Shown: positions 1 through 10,158 of the stretch, in pieces
Layout: each line of letters begins with the position of its first letter
Position numbering within the stretch: position 1 is the stretch's first letter
Origin: a plasmid
Sequence record: NZ_AP019754.1
Reading direction: 5' to 3' (one strand)
DNA: 64,000 nucleotides
Position numbers and translations under genes: made by a program
The notes under the pieces: model-generated
Seen by the model: only the letters and a program-made list of their open reading frames with translations
The model's database searches: none
Told to the model about the DNA's origin: nothing

Positions 1-930
1 ATGGCAGATAAAGATAGTGAAAACAAAGCGTTACTAGAGCCTTTTCTGTCTGTGACCAAAAACAGTGGTGAAGTTATTCAGCTTCATCCCAACAAAAATA
101 ATACCGTTCAGCCCGTGGCCTTAATGCGTCTGGGACTCTTTGTTCCCACGCTTAAATCCACAGCGCGAGGCATTTCTGGTGCTATGGCTTCAACCGACGC
201 CACCAAAGAGCTTAAAAACCTCTCTCTGGTTAAAGCGGAAGGCTATGAAAAGATTACCATCACCGGTGCCAGACTGGATATGGATAATGACTTTAAGACC
301 TGGGCCGGCATTATTCAGTCTTTTTCCCGTTACCCTACACAGGGTGATACGGTAACCCTGCCTTTTATTGATTTCGTGAAGATGTGCGGTATTCCCTCCG
401 CCAACTCCTCTGCCGCATTGCGTAAGCGACTCGACGCTTCGTTACGCCGTATTGCGACGAACACTCTCTCTTTTGAAGGTAACGGTAAGGCCTATCATAC
501 GCATCTGGTACAGTCAGCTTATTACGATCGTGAAAAAGACATTGTCCGCATACAGGCTGATCCCAAGCTCTTTGAGCTGTATAACTTCGACCACAAGGTT
601 TTACTGCAGCTGAGGGCTATCTCCCGCCTTAAGCGTAAAGAATCGGCTCAGGCGCTTTATACGTTCCTGGAGAGCCTGCCGACCAACCCTGCGCCTATCT
701 CTCTTGCCCGCTTACGTATGCGGCTCAATCTTGGCTCAAAGATTACCACGCAGAATCACGTGGTACGACGCGCGATGGAACAGCTTAAAGAGATTGGCTA
801 CCTTGATTACTCTGAAGTCAAACGAGGCCGCTCCGTATTTTTCATCATTCACAGCAGAACACCGAAACTCGATGGTATCAGTAACCTGGAAGGAATCGAT
901 ACGCTCGATGACATCGATTTTGAAGACTGA
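1..930 (+). CDS. repA: RepFIB-family plasmid replication initiator RepA (iteron-binding)
   Basis: 309-aa ORF starting at window position 1. Strong resemblance over its length to my recollection of RepFIB RepA (P307/F type), e.g. motifs [45 protein letters not shown]. Immediately followed by many iterons. Confidence 0.85.
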   Translation: MADKDSENKALLEPFLSVTKNSGEVIQLHPNKNNTVQPVALMRLGLFVPTLKSTARGISGAMASTDATKELKNLSLVKAEGYEKITITGARLDMDNDFKTWAGIIQSFSRYPTQGDTVTLPFIDFVKMCGIPSANSSAALRKRLDASLRRIATNTLSFEGNGKAYHTHLVQSAYYDREKDIVRIQADPKLFELYNFDHKVLLQLRAISRLKRKESAQALYTFLESLPTNPAPISLARLRMRLNLGSKITTQNHVVRRAMEQLKEIGYLDYSEVKRGRSVFFIIHSRTPKLDGISNLEGIDTLDDIDFED

Positions 931-931
931 G

Positions 932-2525
932 CCCAACGTTCACTGTAATCAGTACTCCTCGCGTTGCAGTGTCACTTTTGCTAAAAAGTGACACGTATGC
1001 CTATCACTTTCGTATGAATTCTCCAGGCAGTTGGCTGGCCATTCACTGTAATCAGTCGTGTTCACTGTAATCAGTAGAAGTGAGCTGGTCCATATCTCTA
1101 CTTTCGCCGTCCCTTTTTTAAGTGCATTTTTATCAATAGCTTATAAGTTAGCTTGCACTTACTAACCATTTTAGATCACCTCTCTCCGTGCGTTTAAACC
1201 GCTTTTACTGATTACAGTGAATGTCGGCTCGAAAGCAAACCTCCGCGTCGTCATACTGTTTATAGTGAATTTACTGAGCTTTGTTATTTACAGAATACAG
1301 TGAATGTTAGAGTTAACCCATTGTTTAATAGTGTCTTTTTTTTACCTCTGTTTTGCTGGCTATTTGCCCTGCCTTTCCTGTTCCAATTGGGTGTTTTTCC
1401 GCTTAAAAAAAAGTGACAGGGTTAAGCCAGTGCTGATTACAGTGAATGATGTGTGCCGTTTGGGATGAAGCTTCAGCATTTGTCACGAAGTCAGCTGACT
1501 ACAGTGAACACTTAGCTCACTACAGTGAATGTTGAGATACTGGCAGGTTAAATGAAAATCACGTTTGCTGATTATAGTGAACATCCCATCTGACGCGGCC
1601 AGGTTCCGTTTGCAGCCAACCGAATTCCTTTCCTTCTTTTACTGATTACAGTGAATGTTTTACTGACTACAGTGAATCCCCTCTCACCCGTAAGCCCGCC
1701 CATGATGAGACGTGGCCTGATTCTGGTCACTGACCCGCGGGTCAGGACTTACGAAGTATACTGATTACAGTGAATGCTCTGACCATGCTGGGGCTGGTGG
1801 AAGTCGATTGAGTTGTTTAGCATTCAACCCCGTATGAGGTGTTGGGCTGGATGTGTATTTACTGATTACAGTGAATGTTTGAAACTCAGTCCCATAGCCG
1901 TTCTGCGTTTAAGTTAGAGTCTGGCTGTGGGAAAGGCCAGCCTGATGACTCCTCGTAAAGGGGCCATCAAAATGAAAGCGGAAGGTTACTGACTACAGTG
2001 AATGCCTAAAGTTACCCATAACTTTTACTGATTACAGTGAATATACTGAGCGCTGCACTTGCTGATTATAGTGAATCCTCTGTTGGCGCCCTGTGAAATG
2101 ACTTCCCTTTTCTTTCGTTGAAAAACGGGATATGACACCCTGCCAGTTGCCAGTTGCCAGTTGCCAGTTGCCAGTTGCCAGTTGCCAGTTGCCAGTTGCC
2201 AGTTGCCAGTTGCCAGTTGCCAGTGCGTTCAACTCAGTACCCTTTTGTCTACCGGCTTCACAGCAGGGTCACACATCGGCCAGAACTCATGATGCACCCA
2301 TCCCTCGTTACTGATTACAGTGAATCTTTTGCTGACTATAGTGAATCTTTCAGTTTAGCGATCTTACCGCTGCCAACCGGCATGAATCTGTGCTCCAGAC
2401 ATGCGCTTAAATCAGCATATTGGCCTGGCCCTCCTGCTTACGGTTAACACGTATTGGAACTGAATTGACCTCCTTCAGGTCTGCAAAAATTCGAATGCAT
2501 TCATTCACTGATTACAGTGAACGTT
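932..2525. repeat. Iteron array: about 19 copies of a ~17-bp repeat (consensus ACTGATTACAGTGAATG) in both orientations downstream of repA
   Basis: Copies seen directly at about 938, 1043, 1062 (reverse orientation) and 1207, 1291, 1433, 1496, 1517, 1574, 1651, 1669, 1760, 1861, 1988, 2025, 2061, 2310, 2328, 2506 (forward). Spacing is irregular and there are no unique spacers, so these are RepA iterons (copy control/ori), not CRISPR. Confidence 0.8.
2141..2224. repeat. Heptanucleotide microsatellite (TGCCAGT)x12 inside the iteron region
   Basis: Perfect tandem 7-mer read directly in the sequence. It is what generates the spurious repetitive ORFs at 2032-2447. Confidence 0.95.
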
Positions 2526-2813
2526 CGACACTGTTATTGATGCCTTTTCTTACCAGCTTTTACAGGGGATAGAATTTGTCAGCTTTATCGTGTGCTGGAT
2601 CAAGCGTCAAGGTTAAGGCTGTAAAGATGAATTGGCGGTATTTCAAGTGCGCGAGCTCAAGATGTGTCCCGCTCATCACAGTGAATTGTGCGAACAAAGT
2701 CACAGAAATCAGGAGTCCTACATTTAACACTGTATTGCGTTGATATGATAACTTGTTGCCTTGTGTGCAGGATTTAGGTATAAATTCATAAATCCTACAT
2801 ATTTGGAGTAAGT

Positions 2814-4013
2814 ATGGCTAACGATGATAGTCAGGTCATGAAAGTTGCTCAGCGTTCCGAACGCATGTTATTGAGCCTTACTGAACAAATTCAGGCACAA
2901 AAGCTTGAGTTGCAGGAAAACAGCTACTACCAAATTTATGCCAAGGCGGCTCTGGCTAAACTGCCAAAACTGACCCGCGCCAGCGTTGATTATGCCGTAA
3001 ACGAAATGGAAGAGAGTGGTTATCAGTTCGATAAGCGCGCTGCCGGTAGCTCGGTGAAGTACGCCATGTCTATTCAGAACATTATTGATATCTATCATCA
3101 TCGCGGCGTGCCGAAATATCGCGATCGTCATACTGAAGCCTTTACCTTATTTGTGGGAAATCTTAAAGGCGGCGTTTCCAAGACGGTTTCTACTGTTTCT
3201 CTGGCTCACGCTCTTCGGGCTCACCCTCACCTTTTATATGAAGACCTGCGCATCCTTGTGATTGATCTCGACCCACAGTCTTCTGCCACGATGTTTTTGA
3301 ATCACGAGCGTTCTGTCGGGCTCGTGGAGGCGACTGCCGCTCAGGCGATGCTACAAAACGTCACACGAGATGAGCTGGTAAGTGAATTTATCGTTTCATC
3401 CATTATTCCTGGTGTGGACGTATTACCTGCATCAATAGATGACGCATTTATTGCATCAAGTTGGGATCAGCTGTGTGCCACTCATTTGCCAGGGCAAAAC
3501 ATTCATTCGGTGTTATACGATAATGTCGTGTCTAAGCTTAAAAAAGATTACGACTTCATCTTCATCGACAGTGGCCCACATCTGGATGCATTTTTAAAGA
3601 ATGCGATCGCTGCATCCGATCTCCTGATGACTCCAGTCCCACCGGCACAGGTTGATTTCCACTCTACCCTCAAATACCTGACTCGTTTACCAGAGCTGAT
3701 TGGCATTATTGAAGAGTCGGGAGCCGTATGCCGTCTCCAGGGCAATATCGGGTTTATGTCAAAGCTCTCTAACAAAGCAGACCATAAACTTTGCCACAGC
3801 CTTGCTAAAGAAATTTTCGGCGGCGACATGCTGGACGCAACCCTGCCCCGTCTGGATGGTTTTGAGCGTTGCGGTGAGTCGTTTGACACGGTTATATCGG
3901 CTAACCCGTCAACCTATGTAGGTAGCAGTGAGGCGCTGAAAAACGCTCGTTCTGCCGCCGAAGACTTCGCTAAAGCGGTTTTTGACCGCATTGAATTTAT
4001 CCGCCTGAACTGA
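2814..4013 (+). CDS. parA: P1-type plasmid partition ATPase ParA (long form with N-terminal HTH)
   Basis: 399 aa with deviant Walker A motif NLKGGVSKT. Near-colinear match to my recollection of P1 ParA (AKAALAKLP, VIDLDPQSSATMFL, DSGPHLDAFLKNA, GFERCGESFDTVISANP). GGAG RBS 8 nt upstream. Confidence 0.9.
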   Translation: MANDDSQVMKVAQRSERMLLSLTEQIQAQKLELQENSYYQIYAKAALAKLPKLTRASVDYAVNEMEESGYQFDKRAAGSSVKYAMSIQNIIDIYHHRGVPKYRDRHTEAFTLFVGNLKGGVSKTVSTVSLAHALRAHPHLLYEDLRILVIDLDPQSSATMFLNHERSVGLVEATAAQAMLQNVTRDELVSEFIVSSIIPGVDVLPASIDDAFIASSWDQLCATHLPGQNIHSVLYDNVVSKLKKDYDFIFIDSGPHLDAFLKNAIAASDLLMTPVPPAQVDFHSTLKYLTRLPELIGIIEESGAVCRLQGNIGFMSKLSNKADHKLCHSLAKEIFGGDMLDATLPRLDGFERCGESFDTVISANPSTYVGSSEALKNARSAAEDFAKAVFDRIEFIRLN

Positions 4014-4020
4014 GGTTTTT

Positions 4021-4992
4021 ATGAGTGCGAAAAGAATAACGATCGGCAGAACCTTCAGCCAGACACCGTTAAACACAGAAAAACTCTCTGATAACCCTTC
4101 GCAGACGTTTGTTCTTGCCACAGGAAAACGTGCCGTATTCCGTTTTGAACACATTCCTGCGAATGAGATAGAAAGCAAAACCTTTGTGACCATGGAAACG
4201 AATGGTCGCGATCAGTCTGGTCTTACGCCTGACTCACTGCGGGATATTATCCGCACGATTAAGCTTCAGCAGTTCTTCCCTGCCATTGGTGTGATGCAGG
4301 GCGAACGTATAGAGATACTGGACGGCTCACGACGTCGCGCGGCAGCACTTTATTGTAAAACTGGTCTGGATATTCTTGTGACCGATGCGGTCATCACTCC
4401 GGATGAGGCACGCAGGCTTGCGCAGGATATTCAGACGGCTCGTGAGCATAATTTGCGTGAAGTCGGGATGCGATTACTGGCGCTCAAAGACGGCGGCTTA
4501 TCCCAAAAAGAGATTGCTGAAAACCAGGGCCTTTCGCAAGCCAAGGTCACCCGTGCTTTACAAGCTGCCAGCGTTCCCGCTGATTTGATCTCTCTTTTTC
4601 CTAATCAGTCAGAGCTGACTTATCCTGATTATAAAGCCTTGCTTCAGGCTGCGGATAAACTGAGTGAGACCGGGCAAACCGTCGAGGCATTGATAAACGC
4701 TGTCTCGGCTGAAATCGATGTTGTCAGAGCTCGTGATGGTTTGGCTGAGGACGAGTTAAAAAACACAATTCTGAGATTGATTCGTCAGGGCAGCCAGACG
4801 CTCGTTAAAGAACCTGAGAAAGATAAAACCACAGCGGTGGCTCTCTGGTCCTTTGCTGATAAGGATCGATTTGCGCGCAAAAAAACGCGAGGAAGAATGT
4901 TTAGCTATGAGTTTAACCGCCAGTCCAAAGAACTCCAGGACGAACTAGATAAGGTCATTGCTGAGACATTGAAGAAGTATATGACCCGATGA
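4021..4992 (+). CDS. parB: P1-type partition protein ParB (centromere-binding)
   Basis: 323 aa immediately downstream of parA. ParB box GERIEILDGSRRRAAA plus HTH region. Operon arrangement with parA. Confidence 0.85.
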   Translation: MSAKRITIGRTFSQTPLNTEKLSDNPSQTFVLATGKRAVFRFEHIPANEIESKTFVTMETNGRDQSGLTPDSLRDIIRTIKLQQFFPAIGVMQGERIEILDGSRRRAAALYCKTGLDILVTDAVITPDEARRLAQDIQTAREHNLREVGMRLLALKDGGLSQKEIAENQGLSQAKVTRALQAASVPADLISLFPNQSELTYPDYKALLQAADKLSETGQTVEALINAVSAEIDVVRARDGLAEDELKNTILRLIRQGSQTLVKEPEKDKTTAVALWSFADKDRFARKKTRGRMFSYEFNRQSKELQDELDKVIAETLKKYMTR

Positions 4993-5000
4993 AACACATC

Positions 5001-5030
5001 AAACCAGGCAAATCGATTGTCTGGTTTTTT
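5001..5030 (+). terminator. Putative rho-independent terminator after parB
   Basis: Imperfect hairpin aaaccaggca...gtctggtt followed by tttttt. Confidence 0.45.
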
Positions 5031-5059
5031 ATTTCCTCATATTTCCTTTATCCCTGTAA

Positions 5060-5120
5060 TATTCGATATCGCTATAGCGAATTTCAGGCTGAAATCGCCA
5101 AATAAATAGCCTGAAATTTA
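5060..5120. promoter_or_regulatory. parS: P1-like parS centromere: boxA inverted pair AATTTCAGGCTGAAAT plus boxB TCGCCA, with an extra boxA-like half site
   Basis: AATTTCAGGCTGAAATCGCCA at 5080-5100 is nearly identical to the P1 parS right arm AATTTCAAGGTGAAATCGCCA as I recall it. It lies directly downstream of parB, where P1 parS sits. An upstream palindrome TCGCTATAGCGA is also present. Confidence 0.7.
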
Positions 5121-5184
5121 TCTCTAAGATACTGTTTTTTAATTGTTTTGATTTTCTTTCCCAAAATGAAATTCGCTATATTTC

Positions 5185-5226
5185 CCGCCTGCCGCCTGCC
5201 GCCTGCCGCCTGCCGCCTGCCGCCTG
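5185..5226. repeat. Heptanucleotide microsatellite (CCGCCTG)x6
   Basis: Perfect tandem repeat read directly. Confidence 0.95.
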
Positions 5227-5379
5227 TGGTTTTAATGTGGTTGTCTGCCTCGGTGCTAAAGGATTTTTGATTCGACTGACCTGCTCCCCGTTGCTGGCCA
5301 CAACATGATGTTATAACAACGCGAGGACATCCCAATGAAGACAGATTTTGTACGAACAGATCATCAGTATCGCTTGCAT

Positions 5380-6330
5380 AGCCGAGGCTGGCACTTCCTC
5401 CCATAAGCATATTATTTCTGACACAAACTTTTGCGCCTGGCGTAAGACATTTAATGGCTTTGCACTCCCTGAAGTAAAACGTCTGAAGAAGAGAGAGCCC
5501 GTCTCAGGAAGTGACTTGCAGAAGTGATGCCTGAGTGAAGATGCATTACAGGTGGTTGAGCCGATAATACTGACGACAGATCGCAAGCGGGAAGCGGTTG
5601 CAGTGAGGTGTGAAGTGATGAGTCTGTCACGACCTCGTGCGTGCACGTATGCTGATTTGTTCCTGTCGACTTGCTGCCATGAGAAGCAGCCTCCGGTGGC
5701 TGATGCGCATTTTTTAGGGCGCACTATTGCGCTGCCATCCGAGCGACGGCGTTTCGGTTAGCGCCGTATAGCGGGAAGCTACGGCAACGAGAAGGCCTGC
5801 ATGTTAATCACAAGTACTTGTGATGCCTTTACCCTCTCAGCGGCCCGGGTGTTAATTGCAGGCGAGGTCGTAGAGTACGGGTTACAGAACGCCTTCCTCT
5901 GCTCCGTCTTGCTGCTCCTGGTCTGTCGTGGTCACCGTATTTCGTCATGGACGCACAGGCATCCTGACGCAGAATAAAGTGTTATATCTGCGTTGATGAT
6001 TTTACCAATGAATACCTGTCAGTTTCTCTTACCTCAGGTATATCTGGCATGCAGGTCACACGTATTCTGGACAGTATTGTGCTATTTCATGGCTATCCGG
6101 TAACGTTAAGACCAGACCAGACCAGACCAGACCAGACCAGACTCTGCACCAGCGTTTACCTGGCGGGCACTGAACCAGTGGACCTTTGCGCATGGCGTTA
6201 AGCTTCGGCTTATTCAGCCGGGCGATCAAATACCTATGGGGTTATCGAAAGCTTAAATGGTAGTTTTCTAAAGGCGTGTCAGATTAAGCCCGGGTTAAGC
6301 GAAAGTGTTCACCCAAAAAAAACATTAACG
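5380..6330 (+). mobile_element. Degraded IS3-family insertion sequence remnant (orfA/orfB fragments, multiple frameshifts)
   Basis: Translated fragments resemble IS3 OrfA (NFCAWRKTFNGF..EVKRLKK) and OrfB (VTRILDSIVLFHGYPVTLR ... WTFAHGVKLRLIQPG ... ESLNGSF.KACQ). There is no intact ORF and an (ACCAG)6 repeat is embedded. Confidence 0.5.
6111..6142. repeat. Pentanucleotide microsatellite (ACCAG)x6 within the IS remnant
   Basis: Perfect tandem repeat read directly. Confidence 0.95.
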
Positions 6331-6683
6331 ACTGGCGGAAGGACTATAAGCGTTTCAGCCTCATTCCTGAGTGATTTATCTGACGTCAGCGAGGTTAGCA
6401 GTGGGCTGGCAAAATGCTAACAGAGAAGGTAACCCAATCGACATGGCTAACGGTCTATTGTGCTCAATGCTGTGGGGGCAAATCACGTCGATGATTTTTA
6501 TTGGATGCAGTCTGCGCGATATTTACACAAACAGAGACGGATACAGCAATTTTTCGACGGCATCTCAATTAGCGGTATTGCTGTGATTGCAATAAGAGAT
6601 TTAGCAGTGTGTGGATTATCGGTGTCAGGGCGAAAGCGACGCTTTTTTCAACCCTATCTTCATGAAAAATATTGTTTTTATGA

Positions 6684-6707
6684 TGGCGATTTCAGCCTGA
6701 AATTCAG
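6684..6707. promoter_or_regulatory. Additional parS-like site (TGGCGATTTCAGCCTGAAATT)
   Basis: Same boxB plus inverted boxA architecture as the 5080-5100 site, in opposite orientation. Confidence 0.6.
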
Positions 6708-6837
6708 TCAGAGATAAAAAGTAATCCCTCGGTTTCTGAGAGAAGTCAATGCGTCAGGGTTTTGCTTTGTTATTTTTTTGAAGACGAACGTCCCGGTCAA
6801 ACTCTGGTTAAATTGATATACAGAAAATATCCCTTAG

Positions 6838-6861
6838 TTATCCACAGAAAAAGTGGATAAG
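6838..6861. promoter_or_regulatory. Pair of convergent DnaA boxes (TTATCCACA / CTTATCCAC) separated by 6 nt
   Basis: Exact 9-mer DnaA box consensus on the + strand at 6838-6846 and on the - strand at 6853-6861. It sits in an ORF-free stretch near the iteron clusters. Confidence 0.6.
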
Positions 6862-7382
6862 TTGAGAAAGCCTTAATGACAGAGACATGCGCCAATCTTT
6901 CGCCTTACTGATAGGCGTTTCAGGAGTAAGTAAGTCAAGCACATGGAGTTGGTTTCATGCCCAGATGCTAAAAAACATGTCGCAGTTTGCATCGTGACTC
7001 TGGCCTTTCGCTTAAGCGGAACAGATTAACGCCTGGCAATCGGCCTCACGTTGATAACATAACGATTTAGTGAAAACGAGCGCTGACACGACGACAGAAT
7101 GCACAGCGACAAGCTGAAGTCGGTGCAGTCATCATACAAAACCCGTTTCAGCCCAGGTATTATTCGAATAAGTAACAGACAAAGCTGTAGAGCGAAAGCG
7201 TTCTGTTAGGCGCTAATGAAAGTAAAAGCCTGATGCTGTACAGCATTTTATCAAATTCGCATCAGTGCCTGCAGCAGGAGAAAACGCCATTCCTTACAGA
7301 ACAGTGATGCCCGGGCGAAAGCTAACGGCTTCTGGCGTTGGCATGATGTTTTTACTAAATACTACAAGCTGCATTCAGGCCA

Positions 7383-8200
7383 ACCCGACGTTCACTGTAA
7401 TCTGTAAACGTAGGCCATAGGCTTGATTCTACTATGTGTGGCACTGTCACATTCCCATCCATGATGAAAAACTGATTACAGTGAATCGGCAACGAGATCC
7501 TTTTGAGATTAACTGTTATGGTCTTCACTCATAACATGCTCATGTTGGCTGAGTTTTCTTTATTTCATCCTGATGAGGCTACATCCCGCTTCAATCACGG
7601 GAACGACTTTCGATACTGATTACAGCGAATCACAACCACTGTAATCAGCAATCGCAGATGACTTGTTTGGCGATTTCAGGCTGAAATTCATACTTATCAA
7701 TGGTTTTGCTGCATGAAATTGTTGAATGCAGTCATTATGAAAACAGGCAAGCCTCGCTGGCGAGTGACCGTTTAGACAGGTTTTTTTGATCGAATCATCC
7801 AGGCTTTACATAGGTATCTGGGTTGCAGTGTACAGTGAACGGTTAAGATGCGTTGCTCACCCTGGTTAAAAGTATTCTTCACATGATGGCGGGTTGGGGA
7901 CAACTGTCTTTAACAGGCTTAAAATCGCTTTAAAGCAGATAAATGACGACTCGCCAAGAAGGGAAATCCACGTGGAGGTATTAACGTGTTTTAGCCAAAT
8001 CGAAGGAAAAATACGTCGCTGTCTTCTCAGGACGTCAACGATTTCAGGGGCGAAAATTTGCGACCGTGCCTGATTATTTAACATAATATAAAGGTTTGCC
8101 TGTGTTTTTGACGTTCAAAAAAATCATTCATCCTCTGGCTGGTTTTTATCTCCTCTTTCACTGATTACAGTGAATGCCACTTAAACGTTCACTGTAATCA
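7383..8200. repeat. Secondary iteron clusters (7 copies of the repA iteron, three as inverted pairs)
   Basis: Iteron matches at about 7383 (reverse, degenerate), 7473, 7612 with 7632 (inverted pair), and 8160 with 8181 (inverted pair). Interleaved with parS-like sites. Confidence 0.7.
7658..7680. promoter_or_regulatory. parS-like site copy 3
   Basis: TGGCGATTTCAGGCTGAAATTCA read directly. Confidence 0.6.
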
Positions 8201-8215
8201 GTAACACCTAAATGT

Positions 8216-8238
8216 TGGCGATTTCAGGCTGAAATTTA
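8216..8238. promoter_or_regulatory. parS-like site copy 4
   Basis: TGGCGATTTCAGGCTGAAATTTA read directly. Confidence 0.6.
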
Positions 8239-9096
8239 TCTTATGCACCTAATGGCAATTTGCGGCACGTATATCAGCCTTGTGTAAATGGGAGTCTTAC
8301 ACGATTTCTTTTTATGAGCAGATAGCCACTGGTTCAGCATTCAAGCCGAAAAGCGCGCAGCCTTCCTCGTTAACTGAAACTGTTAAGCCCGGCGTGGAGT
8401 GCGACTGGCGTAAGCGTTCACGAAGACAAGGCACAAGCGGCGATTCGACAACATACGTATCTCTCAAGACGAAAATGTCTTTGCCAGCGTGACCGCAGAG
8501 TGAAAGCGGTAATGGGTGAAGATGGAGAGATGAGAGTTCAGTGACAATTCATGTGTCATGCGCGTTTCAAGGCAATAATAGTCAGTGGCTATTAGCCAGC
8601 ACTGAGCTTCAGGTAAGTAAAGGGTAGGGCAGGGGGCTTTGTTACTCAACGATTCCAGAACTTCCACCAGACTACTCTGCATCACTAACGTCGGGGGCAT
8701 TTATAGCCTTTCAGCACTGTGCCACTTACGCATAAACCTGTTCGTTCAATGCCATCTGACGGTGCGGCAACTGAAGTATAAAGCGTTGGGTCAAGGATGA
8801 GAGAAGGAAAAGACGATCATAATCAGATGTTAATCATGCCGTATGATCATAATTTGTTGTGTCTTTTTTGCCGGAATAGATGCCAGGCCTGAAAACATCT
8901 GTCGTCATCTGATATATCCGTCGATAACAGCCGGTAAAGGTTCAGGTCGCTCTGCGTGGTTTGAACGGCTTTGCGCGAAATGAAACTTTGCTCCCATTGC
9001 CAGTGAGTTGCGCTGGATTAAGTACTGTCTCGAACATCATTGCGTTACCTCAATTTCTAGCCTTTTCATAACCCAGAAAATGAGGTTTATAAATGT

Positions 9097-9521
9097 TCAA
9101 AGACCCAGGATTGCGTCGATCTCAATCAGCAAGTCAGGTGAGAACAGATCACTAACCTGTACCAATGCGCTCGCAGGTAAATAATCACCATAACGTTTAA
9201 ACAGCACGTTGCGGAGTGCATCAATATCTTTAAAAGAGGTTACAAAGAGGGTGACCTTAATGAGTTGCTGCAGAGAGGTGTTTTCAGCCGCCGCTATGCT
9301 TTCCAGCTGATCAAAAATCACTTCAGCCTGCGACGCGATATCCCCTGGTTTGCAGGCGTGCCAAACGCCGTTAAGTCTGAGACATAGAGTGTTTGATTGT
9401 GGCTGACGGCATGGACATAGGGGGCAGTGACTTCCCCAAGCGAAGCATAGTTTTTCCGTACAGGCATCATAGTGCTTAACTCCCAATATATTACTTGTTG
9501 GTCATTAGCAGCTGCGAGCAC
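9097..9521 (-). pseudogene. RidA/YjgF-family enamine/imine deaminase, frameshifted
   Basis: The N-terminal half (ORF 9318-9521: APYVHAV...LYVSDL) and the C-terminal half (ORF 9097-9486 from GDIASQAEVIFDQLE...IEIDAILGL) both match the RidA family but lie in different frames. The frameshift is near 9340-9370. Confidence 0.65.
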
Positions 9522-9823
9522 GCATGATTGCTAAGTGCTGCCTGCTGCTGCTGTTCTTGAGTCAGACTTTTCCAGTTGTCGATCACCCGAGCGGCCAGGC
9601 CAGGAACAAAATGTATTTTTTGCAACGCATAGTCTGAATTACTGCCTTCTATAACGTTTTTCATGTCTTTCTGCAGCTGTTGCTCATTTTGCTGAGGTAC
9701 GGCGCAGAGCACAGAAATGTAGTAGTTTTCATCTTCAACGTCATAATGAGGTGTCAGCCACCACCCCAGGAACCCAACGACAAGGGCGGCAGGGATAAGA
9801 AAAGCGGGTTTTAGTACTGTCAT
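9491..9823 (-). CDS. Hypothetical small protein with N-terminal transmembrane/signal segment
   Basis: 110-aa ORF with hydrophobic N-terminus (LIPAALVVGFLGWWL). I recognise no family. Confidence 0.35.
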   Translation of the reverse strand: MTVLKPAFLIPAALVVGFLGWWLTPHYDVEDENYYISVLCAVPQQNEQQLQKDMKNVIEGSNSDYALQKIHFVPGLAARVIDNWKSLTQEQQQQAALSNHACSQLLMTNK

Positions 9824-10158
9824 CTATCCATCCAGAGTCATTCTTCTCACTGGCCAACAGGGGCATCAGTCCGGTCGCATATCCTGCCATAAATAGCGCT
9901 ATTAGTTAAATCCTCTGCCTGGATTAGGCTATCGGGTTACACCAGGCACCAGCCCTGGCCATGAGCAGCATAAAAAATATGACCGGCATTGACGTTTTAT
10001 GAAATCAGTCAATGAAACTATAAAAAGCAATACAATTAACAGGTTACAGACCCAGACTTATCTGTATTCACCGCTGAGTTTTTAAAAGCATACTACTATT
10101 AGTTGTCTGGAGCCTCAGGATCCAGACTGATATTTATGCACATTTATAGGGGAACCGC

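Noticed and set aside
2032-2447. Three overlapping ORFs (60-97 aa) with repetitive peptides (ATGNWQL... / CQLPVAS...)
   Set aside because: They arise purely from translating the (TGCCAGT)12 microsatellite in different frames and are not credible genes.
932-2525. Regularly recurring ~17-bp repeats that could be mistaken for a CRISPR array
   Set aside because: The repeats occur in both orientations with irregular spacing (5-120 bp), sometimes abutting, and there is no cas gene. They flank a Rep initiator gene and are iterons.
5084-5724. ORFs 5084-5410(-) and 5311-5724(-) across the parS/microsatellite/IS remnant region
   Set aside because: They span the parS site and the heptamer repeat, with no RBS or family match. 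The region is better explained as a centromere plus IS debris.
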